Source: Candidatus Zhuqueibacterota bacterium
GTDB taxonomy: Bacteria > Zhuqueibacterota > Zhuqueibacteria > Residuimicrobiales > Krinioviventaceae
DNA: 64,000 nucleotides
Direction: 5' to 3'
Assembly (NCBI GenBank): GCA_016934825.1
Contig: JAFGSB010000158.1
Span: 66,842 to 130,841, forward strand
Part shown: positions 30,901 through 39,174 of the stretch, piece by piece
How positions within the stretch are numbered: the first letter of the stretch is position 1
Layout: every line of letters begins with the position of its first letter
Translations under genes and position numbers: made by a program
The notes under the pieces: model-generated
Seen by the model: only the letters and a program-made list of their open reading frames with translations
Told to the model about the DNA's origin: nothing
Databases searched by the model: none

Positions 30901-32634
30901 CTGCCGCTGGCAATGGGAAAATCCGAATACGTCGCCCAAATCGGCGCTCCGTTTGCTATAACGGTGATTGGCGGCTTGTCGCTCAGCACATTGTTTACAC
31001 TTGTTTTTATACCGACGTTTTATTCCGGTCTTGATACGGCCCTGAGATGGTTATATCAATTGAACTGGAAAATCAAACTATTGCAGATAATCGCATTTGT
31101 AACAGGGTGCGTGCTTGTATATTATCATGTTGAAAGTTTCCTGTGGCGTTTTATCGATCTGCTTTTGTTATTGCTGGTTATACCTTCAATAACCCTGTTC
31201 ATTTTTAAGAGTCTGCGACGCGCCAGGGCCGATTATATAAAACCGGACCGGGAATTGAAAATCAAAGTCCGGCAGCTTGTAAAAATATACGATGATTACA
31301 GCCGATTTAGCCGGGAATGGAACAAGGGGAAAAAAATACGGGAAAGAGCGGAAATCAGCAAGGAATATAAAACCCGGAAAGATATTGAACATCTTTTATG
31401 GGAATTGCCGCTGCTTATTTTTCTTTTCTACTTTACCTATCTTTATTTGAGAAGCTATTTCTGGATGTTTGTTCTTTCTCATTTTGTTTATTTTTATGTC
31501 TTTTACCTGCTCGGACCGTTCCTCAGTCAATTAAGGAACGGGTTGCTGGCAAAAAGAATCTATTCGTTGGTTTATTGGGGTGTGCCGTTATTGAATTTGA
31601 TCTACTTCTACATTCGCTGGAAAAATATCCCGGCGTTGATTTTCATCGCCGTAATCTGGACGCTGGCCCTGGCAGTGTATATCACATCCAATAAACTTCA
31701 CCGGGAAAAGGTGGATATTGTACGTCTGGGTGGAAAGTTTAAAAAGATTCGGCAGAATTTTTATCGGCTGGTGCAAATAATACCCGTAATCGGACGTAAA
31801 AAGTCTCCGTTTAAAGCCCTGGACGGGATTTCACTGGAGATTGGCAGCGGTATGTTCGGTCTGCTAGGACCGAACGGCGCCGGTAAAACAACATTGATGA
31901 GAATAATATGCGGCATCCTTGAACAGAGCCGCGGCAAGATTTGGGTAAACGATATCGCTCTTGAAGAAAAACGCGAGGAATTACAGGGTTTGATCGGGTA
32001 CTTACCCCAGGAATTCGGCATGTACGAAAATATGACCGCATTCGAATTTCTGGATTACCAGGCATTATTAAAGGGTATCCTTGATAATGAGCAGCGGGAA
32101 AAACGTATAGACTATGTCCTGTCCGCCGTACACATGCAGGAAAGCCGGAACCAGAAAATCGAATCTTTTTCCGGGGGCATGAAACAGCGCATCGGTATCG
32201 CGCAGACATTGTTGCATTTACCGCGCATACTGGTCGTGGATGAACCCACTGCAGGTCTCGATCCGAGGGAACGGATCCGTTTTCGTAATTTGCTGGTCGA
32301 ACTCGGACGCGAGCGGATTGTCATTTTTTCGACACATATCATCGAAGATATTGCCAGTTCCTGCAACAAAGTTGCGGTTTTGAACCTGGGTAAACTCGTA
32401 TATCTTGGCACGCCGACACAAATGGTGAAAATTGCGCAAAATAATGTCTGGCATTTTTATTTAAGTGCGGATGAATTTAAAGAAAAAAGCGCTGATTTGA
32501 CAATTGTACACCATATGCGTATTAAAGACAGAATTCGAATCCGCTGCCTGGCAAATGAAAAACCGTATCCCGACGCGGTACAGGTGAAACCGACGCTTGA
32601 AGACGCCTATTTGTGGTTGTTACGTAATGAATAA
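27934..32634 (+). CDS. RND transporter permease fused in frame to four extra TM helices and a C-terminal ABC ATPase domain
   Basis: Residues 1 to about 1035 form a complete AcrB-like RND. A roughly 200-aa basic/amphipathic linker with about 4 TM helices follows. Residues from about 1290 form an ABC ATPase (GLLGPNGAGKTT, FSGGMKQRIGIAQTL, ILVVDEPTAGLD) about 50% identical to ORF 17221. Single uninterrupted ORF; its start overlaps the upstream RND stop. Confidence 0.85.
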   Translation: MLTKISGHMNFFGSLIKRKVFISMLFVGLCLLGIVSYKQLPVELFPNAELPFLIVQVSSVQEMDPEYLEKQAIVPVEGVITTLDGIEKIESYVERRRGIVFVYFNQKTKIKYAYLKLEEKINSIKASLGDEFFVTVFKVDTDQIANMFMTLQVRGSGGLNRVREVIDQKVTPELQNIDGIANVEIFGGQQKSIEIILDEQACRAHGITPATIRSIISGNNKYKSFAGKVYSEDKYYFVNVTADYGNVEDIENIIVDSNGPVFLKDIADVYFGVKEQTTISRVNGKEAITIQLIRDTQVNLIDLSHKTKRIIKQLNENLAPDDVEVVIQSDSAEIVEKNIHLIIQLALVGGLLAVVILWIFLRNMRLVLIIALSMPVSIFTAFNFFYAFGITINSLTLVGMALAIGMLLDNSVVVLENIYRIFANYKNPDQAVVQGTGEVWRSILAATLTTITVFLPFAFASNFLIKLLGRHIGVSIISTLGVSLVIAFLLIPMAAYIILKNLKKDSPVNFQFVSHNNRLLQIYNVVLKSCLRFPARTIIGTIFLFFVSLMICLALSINIPRETEVKEFNLYLTMPRGSTLESTDAATAELEKLLENIKEKDEIISKIYEEESIVTIKLKDNYYNIDNRSIPQIKEKLEKTINDFRVADVSFDQPQSGGRFRGGAGQNPGLGLENLLGIGSQNERVVIKGNDFEKMRNIADDIRDYIADLTTVSNTNINMSDDRPEIQLLLDKQLLSQFNVSLNAIAGELSTFENEFSSNIKFKQNTEEYDIIIKTNNEKQKSFDDLQNIRIPSETGGEYELDNLSRIIYSQGISGINRVNQEKQIEITYRFISEVTASKEYLNSARSEIDQIIANLNLPSGIAVEVIHDSSELQEFYFLIGATFILIFMILASVFESLSTPFVIMFTIPLAAIGSLWALILTGNSILNANTLIGFIILLGVVVNNGIIYIDYTRILIRKKYKRSRALMMAGRARVRPILITAITTIIAMLPLAMGKSEYVAQIGAPFAITVIGGLSLSTLFTLVFIPTFYSGLDTALRWLYQLNWKIKLLQIIAFVTGCVLVYYHVESFLWRFIDLLLLLLVIPSITLFIFKSLRRARADYIKPDRELKIKVRQLVKIYDDYSRFSREWNKGKKIRERAEISKEYKTRKDIEHLLWELPLLIFLFYFTYLYLRSYFWMFVLSHFVYFYVFYLLGPFLSQLRNGLLAKRIYSLVYWGVPLLNLIYFYIRWKNIPALIFIAVIWTLALAVYITSNKLHREKVDIVRLGGKFKKIRQNFYRLVQIIPVIGRKKSPFKALDGISLEIGSGMFGLLGPNGAGKTTLMRIICGILEQSRGKIWVNDIALEEKREELQGLIGYLPQEFGMYENMTAFEFLDYQALLKGILDNEQREKRIDYVLSAVHMQESRNQKIESFSGGMKQRIGIAQTLLHLPRILVVDEPTAGLDPRERIRFRNLLVELGRERIVIFSTHIIEDIASSCNKVAVLNLGKLVYLGTPTQMVKIAQNNVWHFYLSADEFKEKSADLTIVHHMRIKDRIRIRCLANEKPYPDAVQVKPTLEDAYLWLLRNE

Positions 32635-32658
32635 TTTATTATTTTGACGGATTAAAAT

Positions 32659-33384
32659 ATGAAACCGGACACATTATCAGTCAGAAAAATTTTATCTATT
32701 ATTATAAAATTAACAAGATATAATTTAAAAATTATCTTTGGCAACATATTTATATATTTTTTACTTGGCTCAATCGGCTTTTACCTGTTAATTTCGGTCA
32801 TTACTTTTTTCGATTCAAGCATTACCCCCACTGCTGCAATCGTATACTACCTGCTGTTGTTTCCGGGATTATTATTAATTTTTTACCCCACGACCTTTGG
32901 TATCCAGTATGACAGCGACACCAGGATGCTGGAAGTACTTTTTGGTATACCGGATTATCGTTACAAAGTGTGGCTGGTGCGATTGGCAATTATTTATGTT
33001 CTTGTTTTTTGTATATTGATTGTGCTTGCCTTTTTCGGATTGATCGCATTTACACGATTTTCAATCCTGAACATGGTCTTTCAACTCATGTTCCCGATAT
33101 TTTTTATCGGCAGTCTTGCCTTTATGACGTCAACTCTGGTCAGAAACGGGTACGGAGCAATGGTAATTTTAATTATAGTCGGAATGGTTTTCTGGGTATT
33201 GAGCGGCATCCTGGTTGAAAGCCAGTGGAATTTATTTCTCAATCCGTTTCGTGTACCCGAAAATGTAAATGAAATAATCTGGGCGGATATTAAAGTCAAA
33301 AACCGGCTTTACATTCTTTCGGGTACAATCCTGATGCTTTTATTCGGACTTTTTAATATGCAAAAACGGGAAAAATTTGTCTGA
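32659..33384 (+). CDS. Small 6-TM ABC-2-like permease (putative partner of the fused ABC domain)
   Basis: 241-aa polytopic protein; N-terminus resembles the ABC-2 permease N-terminus of ORF 18143. Confidence 0.5.
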   Translation: MKPDTLSVRKILSIIIKLTRYNLKIIFGNIFIYFLLGSIGFYLLISVITFFDSSITPTAAIVYYLLLFPGLLLIFYPTTFGIQYDSDTRMLEVLFGIPDYRYKVWLVRLAIIYVLVFCILIVLAFFGLIAFTRFSILNMVFQLMFPIFFIGSLAFMTSTLVRNGYGAMVILIIVGMVFWVLSGILVESQWNLFLNPFRVPENVNEIIWADIKVKNRLYILSGTILMLLFGLFNMQKREKFV

Positions 33385-33386
33385 GT

Positions 33387-33584
33387 TTATTTAAGATTGA
33401 TTTTAATGGAATTTCCCGATTTTTGAAAATCCAGTTTATCTTCCCGCGCCAGCCAGCCGATCGCGGCGTGTAATGTAAAATCATTCGAATTGACTAATTT
33501 TTTTAATTGCGTCAAGGTCATCGGTCCTTTTTTATTTAATAATTCCCACACATTCCCGGCCAATACACCAATTTCATTTTTCAT
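33387..33584 (-). CDS. Winged-helix DNA-binding protein (DUF2582-like)
   Basis: 65-aa ORF; ELLNKKGPMTLTQLKK wHTH-like; convergent with the efflux locus. Confidence 0.55.
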   Translation of the reverse strand: MKNEIGVLAGNVWELLNKKGPMTLTQLKKLVNSNDFTLHAAIGWLAREDKLDFQKSGNSIKINLK

Positions 33585-33765
33585 TGTTTTTCTCCAAATG
33601 TCTTAATAATGTAATCTTTGTTCTTTAATAAATTTTTTACTGCTTTTTTGTTTTTTGGAAATCAATTTTTCATTTAAACCATTTATTTCAATATTTTATT
33701 TCAAAAATAATATAAACTGTTTGCAAAATTAAGAAAAAATGACTATAATATCCTGAATATAGTTG

Positions 33766-33940
33766 AATAGAGGCGCCTTTTGCAAGAGTAAACACATCAA
33801 AGGATAAGCGTATCTGTTAAAGATGTGTTAAAAGGGCAACAGGCCGAAATAGTTCCGATACGCTTTAAGGAGCTATTGGGACGGTATGTGAACAACTACC
33901 GTACTGTCACGGAAAAAAATCCGTGGAGCGCTATTTATTA
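33766..33940 (+). ncRNA. Lysine riboswitch (L-box) aptamer
   Basis: Starts with AGAGGCGCC (P1 5' strand). Conserved AAAGGGCAACAGGCCGAA core and 3' ACUGUCACGGAAAAAAAUCCGUGGAGCGCUAU, paralleling the B. subtilis lysC leader (GCUGUCAAGAAA...UUGGAGGGCUAU). A T-run follows at 34003-34012; lysine genes lie downstream. Confidence 0.7.
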
Positions 33941-34031
33941 AACATGCTGATTAATAGAAAAACAGTAGGTTGATTGAAAAGGGCGCCCCGATTCTTTCGA
34001 CCTTTTTTTTTGTTTATTTCGTTTGTTAATT

Positions 34032-35027
34032 ATGATTGAATTGCTGAATAAATTGATCGGAATTCCGTCCGTAACGGGTGATGAATATCATATCGGACAA
34101 TTTCTGGAAGAACTGCTGAAAAATAAAGGTTATACGGTAAAAACACAGGCAGTCGATCAAAACCGGTTTAATATTATTGCTTTAACGGACAATGATCCCT
34201 TTGTTCTGTTTAACACACATATTGATACGGTCCCGCCCTTTATTCCCCCCGGCAGGGATGGTAACAGGATTTATGGTCGCGGCGCCTGCGACGCGAAAGG
34301 GCAGATTGTAACCATCATCGATGCGGCAGACCGCCTGCTGAAAGAAAATATAAAGTCTTTCGGTTTGCTGTTTGTTGTCGGCGAGGAAGTTGAATCCGAC
34401 GGCGCTAAAAAGGCCGCCCGTTTGAATTTAAATTCACGCTATCTTGTGATTTGCGAACCAACGGAAAACAAGTTGGTGGTCGGACAGAAAGGGACAATTG
34501 TATTTCGAGTCAAAGCAAAAGGATCGGGCGGACATTCCTGTAATCCGGAAAAAGGTGAATCTGCAATACATAAAATCATATCCTATTTGTCCAAATGGCA
34601 GGATTATGATTGGGGAACAGATCCCTTTTTCGGTCAATCAACCGTAAATATCGGCAAAATATCCGGGGGATCGGGAATAAATATTTTGGCCGAGTATGCG
34701 GAAGCTGAAGGTATTTTCAGAGTGACGACTTTTGTGAAACAATTGAAACAAAAAATGGAACAATTGAATAATAAACTGGTTGATATTGAAATACTCAGCG
34801 AATCCGATCCGCAGAGACTGTTTAAACTGGACGGATTCGAAACGACAATCGTTGGCTTTGGAACGGATGCGTCTTATTTAAAACCCCTGGGCGATATATT
34901 AGTACTGGGCCCGGGCTCGATTGAATTCGCGCATTGTGATAATGAACATATTGTTATTGAGGATTTGAAGACAGGTTCGGATTTACTGGTCAAGATTGTA
35001 AAACAATTAATAAAGGGAAATGAGTAA
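34032..35027 (+). CDS. M20 family metallopeptidase (ArgE/DapE/LysK-type N-acyl-amino-acid deacylase)
   Basis: HIDTVPP and GRGACDAKG metal-binding motifs plus GEEVES; first gene after the lysine riboswitch. Confidence 0.75.
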   Translation: MIELLNKLIGIPSVTGDEYHIGQFLEELLKNKGYTVKTQAVDQNRFNIIALTDNDPFVLFNTHIDTVPPFIPPGRDGNRIYGRGACDAKGQIVTIIDAADRLLKENIKSFGLLFVVGEEVESDGAKKAARLNLNSRYLVICEPTENKLVVGQKGTIVFRVKAKGSGGHSCNPEKGESAIHKIISYLSKWQDYDWGTDPFFGQSTVNIGKISGGSGINILAEYAEAEGIFRVTTFVKQLKQKMEQLNNKLVDIEILSESDPQRLFKLDGFETTIVGFGTDASYLKPLGDILVLGPGSIEFAHCDNEHIVIEDLKTGSDLLVKIVKQLIKGNE

Positions 35028-36419
35028 ATGGTAGTAATGAAATTTGGCGGTACTTCGGTAGCGGACGCCGCGGCCATGCGCAGAGTGGCGGAAATTGTGA
35101 AAACAAGAATAGATAAAAAACCCATAGTCGTTGTATCCGCGGTTGGCGGCCTGACTGATAATCTGGTTGCATTGAGCAAAGAAGCTAAAAACCGGAATAT
35201 GACAAAGGTTCAGGAAGTTGTAAATGTTGTTACGGAAAGGCATTTAAAAATAGTAAGGGACCTTGGTCTGGATAAAAATGGTTCACTGGTAAATGTTGTC
35301 ACCGAAACCGCCGAACAACTAAAAAAGGTATGTACAACAATCTCTGAGGCGGAGTCGATGCAAAAAGCCCTGGTGGATGAACTTTTAAGCACCGGGGAGT
35401 ATCTCTCTTCCCATATTATGGCTGCTTACCTTGATTCTGTCGGTATGAACGGTGTGTGGGCGGACGCGCGGGAGATACTGGTGACGGATTCCGTTTACGG
35501 CAGCGCCAAACCCAATATCGGAGAATCAACTGAAAAGGCAAAAGCGAAATTACTGCCGCTGGTTTCCGATAATAAAGTACCGGTTATTCAGGGATTTATC
35601 GGCCGGGACAAAAACGGGAAAATTACCACCCTCGGCCGGGGCGGTTCCGATTATACCGCTTCACTGATCGGCGCCATGCTTGATATGGAAGCGGTGGAAA
35701 TCTGGTCCGATGTCAGCGGGGTATTAACGGCCGATCCGTCTCTGGTGCCGGAAGCAAAGAGAATTCTGCTCATGAGTTTTCAGGAAGCGGCCGAACTGGC
35801 ATATTTTGGCGCCAAAGTTCTGCACCCGGCAACGATGCATCCGGCTGTTGACAAAGGTATTCCCATTTACGTATTAAATTCGATTTATCCGGAACAGGGG
35901 GGGACAAAGATCGCTCTGTCTTCCGATATTGCGGAAGACAAAATTTGCGTTGTGAAATCAATTGCCTATAAAGAAGGATTGACAGTTGTTACCGTTAACA
36001 GTACCAGAATGTTGATGGCGCATGGTTTTATGGCATCGATATTTCAGATTTTTGAAAAGTACAATACTTCCGTCGACCTTGTGGCCACATCGGAGGTGAG
36101 CGTATCGGTCACGATTGATAATACGGAACATCTTGAAGAGATCAAAAAGGAAATCAGCGCTTTTGCCACCGTAGGCGTTGTGAGTAACAAGGCGATTGTC
36201 TGTCTGGTCGGCCAGCACCTGAAACGCACCAGCGGTATGCCGGCAAGGATTTTTGGCCTGCTCGGCGATGTGCGCATCCATTTGATCTCACAGGGCGCTT
36301 CTGAAATTAATATCAGTTTTGTGATTGACGAAGTGGACTTGAAACGTGTCATTCAGCGGTTGCACGATCATTTTTTCGGCAACTCTTATGACGTGGAAAT
36401 TTTTGCTGAAAATAATTAA
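35028..36419 (+). CDS. lysC: Aspartate kinase
   Basis: VVMKFGGTSVADA N-terminal kinase motif; two C-terminal ACT domains. Confidence 0.9.
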   Translation: MVVMKFGGTSVADAAAMRRVAEIVKTRIDKKPIVVVSAVGGLTDNLVALSKEAKNRNMTKVQEVVNVVTERHLKIVRDLGLDKNGSLVNVVTETAEQLKKVCTTISEAESMQKALVDELLSTGEYLSSHIMAAYLDSVGMNGVWADAREILVTDSVYGSAKPNIGESTEKAKAKLLPLVSDNKVPVIQGFIGRDKNGKITTLGRGGSDYTASLIGAMLDMEAVEIWSDVSGVLTADPSLVPEAKRILLMSFQEAAELAYFGAKVLHPATMHPAVDKGIPIYVLNSIYPEQGGTKIALSSDIAEDKICVVKSIAYKEGLTVVTVNSTRMLMAHGFMASIFQIFEKYNTSVDLVATSEVSVSVTIDNTEHLEEIKKEISAFATVGVVSNKAIVCLVGQHLKRTSGMPARIFGLLGDVRIHLISQGASEINISFVIDEVDLKRVIQRLHDHFFGNSYDVEIFAENN

Positions 36420-36424
36420 TTTAT

Positions 36425-36608
36425 AACGCCAGTGTTCGGTTAAATCCGAACACGCCACTCTAAACATATTATATTATTAAAATTATCAGATATGAAATCA
36501 TTATTTGACTTTTATGTAAAATTTGAATTGTTTTAATTACATTAATTGATTTTATTAAACTAATAAACCGGATCAGGCAGCGGTGTCCGGTTAACGGACA
36601 CCGCTGAA
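36425..36608 (+). repeat. About 190-bp hairpin-terminated intergenic repeat, copy A
   Basis: 5' CGCCAGTGTTCGGTTAAATCCGAACACGCCACTCTAAACATATTA ... 3' CCGGATCAGGCAGCGGTGTCCGGTTAACGGACACCGCTG. Homologous along its length to copies at 41836 and 49876. Confidence 0.7.
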
Positions 36609-36625
36609 TTTATAAGGATATTTTT

Positions 36626-37357
36626 ATGAAAATTGGTATTTTAGGATATGGCAGGATGGGGCACGAAACTGAAAAAATCGCCGCATATTCCGGTCATTCT
36701 GTCGCGGCAATTTTTGATATCGATAAACCGTTTGAAAAAACTTCGGATATTAACGGTTCGGAAGTGATAATTGATTTTACCCTGGCGGGAGCGGTAATCG
36801 ATAATTTAGAAACGGCGGCGTTTTTGGGAGTGCCAATCGTCGAAGGGACTACCGGCTGGCTTGACGGTTTTGATAAAGTAAAACAAATAAAAAATCTGAC
36901 CATGATTTACAGTCCCAATTTTTCTATTGGGGTATACCAGTATACCAAAATAGTCGAATACGCGGCAAAAATAATGGGTACCCTGGATAGTTACGATTGT
37001 TATTTACACGAGTGGCATCATACCGGCAAAGCCGACAGCCCCAGTGGAACGGCAAAAAAATTGTCGGATATACTATTGAATAATTTACAACATAAAGATA
37101 AAGCCCTGTTCGATACAAGCCATGGAGTTATTGATAAAAAAGCGCTGCATGTAACATCCACAAGGGTTGGCAGGGTTCCCGGAACACATGAGATCGGTTT
37201 TGATTCCTTATATGATAGTATTCTGTTGAAACACCAGGCCCACGGCCGGGAAGGATTAGCTTCCGGCGCGGTAAAAGCCGCCGAATGGATTATTGGTAAA
37301 AAAGGAATATTTACAATGGACGATTTCATGAATGATTTAAACAGGCAAAGCAGTTAA
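36626..37357 (+). CDS. dapB: 4-hydroxy-tetrahydrodipicolinate reductase
   Basis: MKIGILGYGRMG Rossmann motif; DapB C-domain with EWHHTGKADSPSGTA. Confidence 0.9.
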   Translation: MKIGILGYGRMGHETEKIAAYSGHSVAAIFDIDKPFEKTSDINGSEVIIDFTLAGAVIDNLETAAFLGVPIVEGTTGWLDGFDKVKQIKNLTMIYSPNFSIGVYQYTKIVEYAAKIMGTLDSYDCYLHEWHHTGKADSPSGTAKKLSDILLNNLQHKDKALFDTSHGVIDKKALHVTSTRVGRVPGTHEIGFDSLYDSILLKHQAHGREGLASGAVKAAEWIIGKKGIFTMDDFMNDLNRQSS

Positions 37358-37385
37358 AATTTTCTCATAAAAGTGAAAGGACGCA

Positions 37386-38276
37386 ATGATGGATTCTTCC
37401 AGATTTCGCGGTACCACCGTGGCATTGATTACGCCGTTTTTAAGTAACGGAAACGTGGATGAAACGGCTTATAAAAATTTACTGGACTGGCAAATAGAAC
37501 AGGGAACAGACGTTATATTGACATGCGGTACAACGGGCGAAAGCGCCACTCTTTCTCATGAAGAACACGAAAAAGTGATCGAAATAACCATTCAACACGT
37601 TAACGGCCGGGTACCCGTATTGTGCGGAACCGGCAGCAATTCGACCAGTGAAGCGATATCGTTAACTCAATTCGCGGAAAAAGCCGGCGCCGACGGTATT
37701 CTTTCAGTCGGGCCCTATTATAATAAACCTCCCCAGGAGGGATTTTACCAGCATTTTAAAGCCATTGCCGAATCCGTCAGTCTGCCGGTTATTATTTATA
37801 ACGTGCCGGGCAGAACCGGCAGCAATATCGCCGCGCAAACCACACTCCGCCTTGCAGATATTCCGAATATTATCGGTATTAAAGAGGCCAGTGGAAACTT
37901 GTCACAGATCATGGCAATTATTAAAGACCGTCCGAAGGGTTTTCTTGTGCTGTCGGGAGACGATTCAATTACACTGCCTATTTTATCATTCGGCGGGGAC
38001 GGCGTCATATCCGTTGTTGCCAACGAAGTTCCCGCCATGCTGCACGAAATGGTTCACAGTACATTTGCCGGTAACTGGGACAGGGCGCGCGAATTACACA
38101 ATAAATTACTGCCGCTTATGGAATTTAATTTTGTCGAGAGTAATCCGATCCCCGTTAAAACGGCGGTCGCTTTAATGGGTAAAGTTGAAGATCATTTCAG
38201 GCTGCCGCTGGTTAATATGACGGAAGCGAACAAACAAAAAATGAAAGATATTTTAAAAGAATTGGGATTGATTTAA
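37386..38276 (+). CDS. dapA: 4-hydroxy-tetrahydrodipicolinate synthase
   Basis: GTTGES, Schiff-base lysine region and YNVPGRTG motif. Confidence 0.9.
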   Translation: MMDSSRFRGTTVALITPFLSNGNVDETAYKNLLDWQIEQGTDVILTCGTTGESATLSHEEHEKVIEITIQHVNGRVPVLCGTGSNSTSEAISLTQFAEKAGADGILSVGPYYNKPPQEGFYQHFKAIAESVSLPVIIYNVPGRTGSNIAAQTTLRLADIPNIIGIKEASGNLSQIMAIIKDRPKGFLVLSGDDSITLPILSFGGDGVISVVANEVPAMLHEMVHSTFAGNWDRARELHNKLLPLMEFNFVESNPIPVKTAVALMGKVEDHFRLPLVNMTEANKQKMKDILKELGLI

Positions 38277-38290
38277 TAATCGGATAGAAT

Positions 38291-39145
38291 ATGGACAATT
38301 TTAAATTTTATAAATACCACGCTTTGGGAAATGATTATATCGTCATAGACCCTAAGGATACAACCCTGGATATGACGGTGGAAAATATCAGGTTAATATG
38401 CCATAGAAATTTTGGCATCGGCTCGGACGGAATTTTATACGGTCCGCTTGAGACCGAAAAGGGCGATTTCGGCCTGCGGATTTTCAATCCCGACGGCAGC
38501 GAAGCCGAAAAGAGCGGAAACGGGCTGCGCATTTTTTCCAGGTATCTGTGGGACAAAAAGTTGGTGCGGGATGAACCCTTCACGGTCGATACTCCCGGCG
38601 GACTGGTTAACTCTGTTATATTGCGAAACGGTGAACTGGTCGATGTGGAAATGGGCCGCATCAGTTTTAACAGTACAAAAATACCTGTTACGGGCGGCGA
38701 GCGCGAGGTCATAAATGAAAAGATAACCGTAAATGAAAAGACTTTTCAATTTTGCGCAGCGTCCATCGGTAATCCGCATTGTATTATCCCGTGTGAAGAG
38801 ATATCCAGGGAACTGGCGACTTTATATGGTCCTCACATCGAGACACATTCCATATTCCCGAAAAGGATCAACGTCCAGTTTTTAAAAGTGCTTGACAGAA
38901 ATAATATAAAAATTGAAATATGGGAACGCGGCGCCGGGTACACGCTGGCATCCGGCAGCAGCAGCAGCGCAGCAGCCGCGGTCGCCCGTAAACTGGGTTT
39001 GTGTGATAATCATATTACGGTTCATATGCCCGGGGGCGAGTTGAAAATTTCAATTTCCGACAATTATGATATTACCATGACGGGACCCGTCACACGCATT
39101 GGCGATGGTGTTTTAGTAAAAGAAGCTTTTACGACCAAAGTATAA
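38291..39145 (+). CDS. dapF: Diaminopimelate epimerase
   Basis: YHALGNDYIV N-terminus; catalytic Cys pair (GNPHCI and ERGAGYTLASGS). Confidence 0.85.
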   Translation: MDNFKFYKYHALGNDYIVIDPKDTTLDMTVENIRLICHRNFGIGSDGILYGPLETEKGDFGLRIFNPDGSEAEKSGNGLRIFSRYLWDKKLVRDEPFTVDTPGGLVNSVILRNGELVDVEMGRISFNSTKIPVTGGEREVINEKITVNEKTFQFCAASIGNPHCIIPCEEISRELATLYGPHIETHSIFPKRINVQFLKVLDRNNIKIEIWERGAGYTLASGSSSSAAAAVARKLGLCDNHITVHMPGGELKISISDNYDITMTGPVTRIGDGVLVKEAFTTKV

Positions 39146-39174
39146 GGTCAACAATATAAACGGAAAGGTCACGA

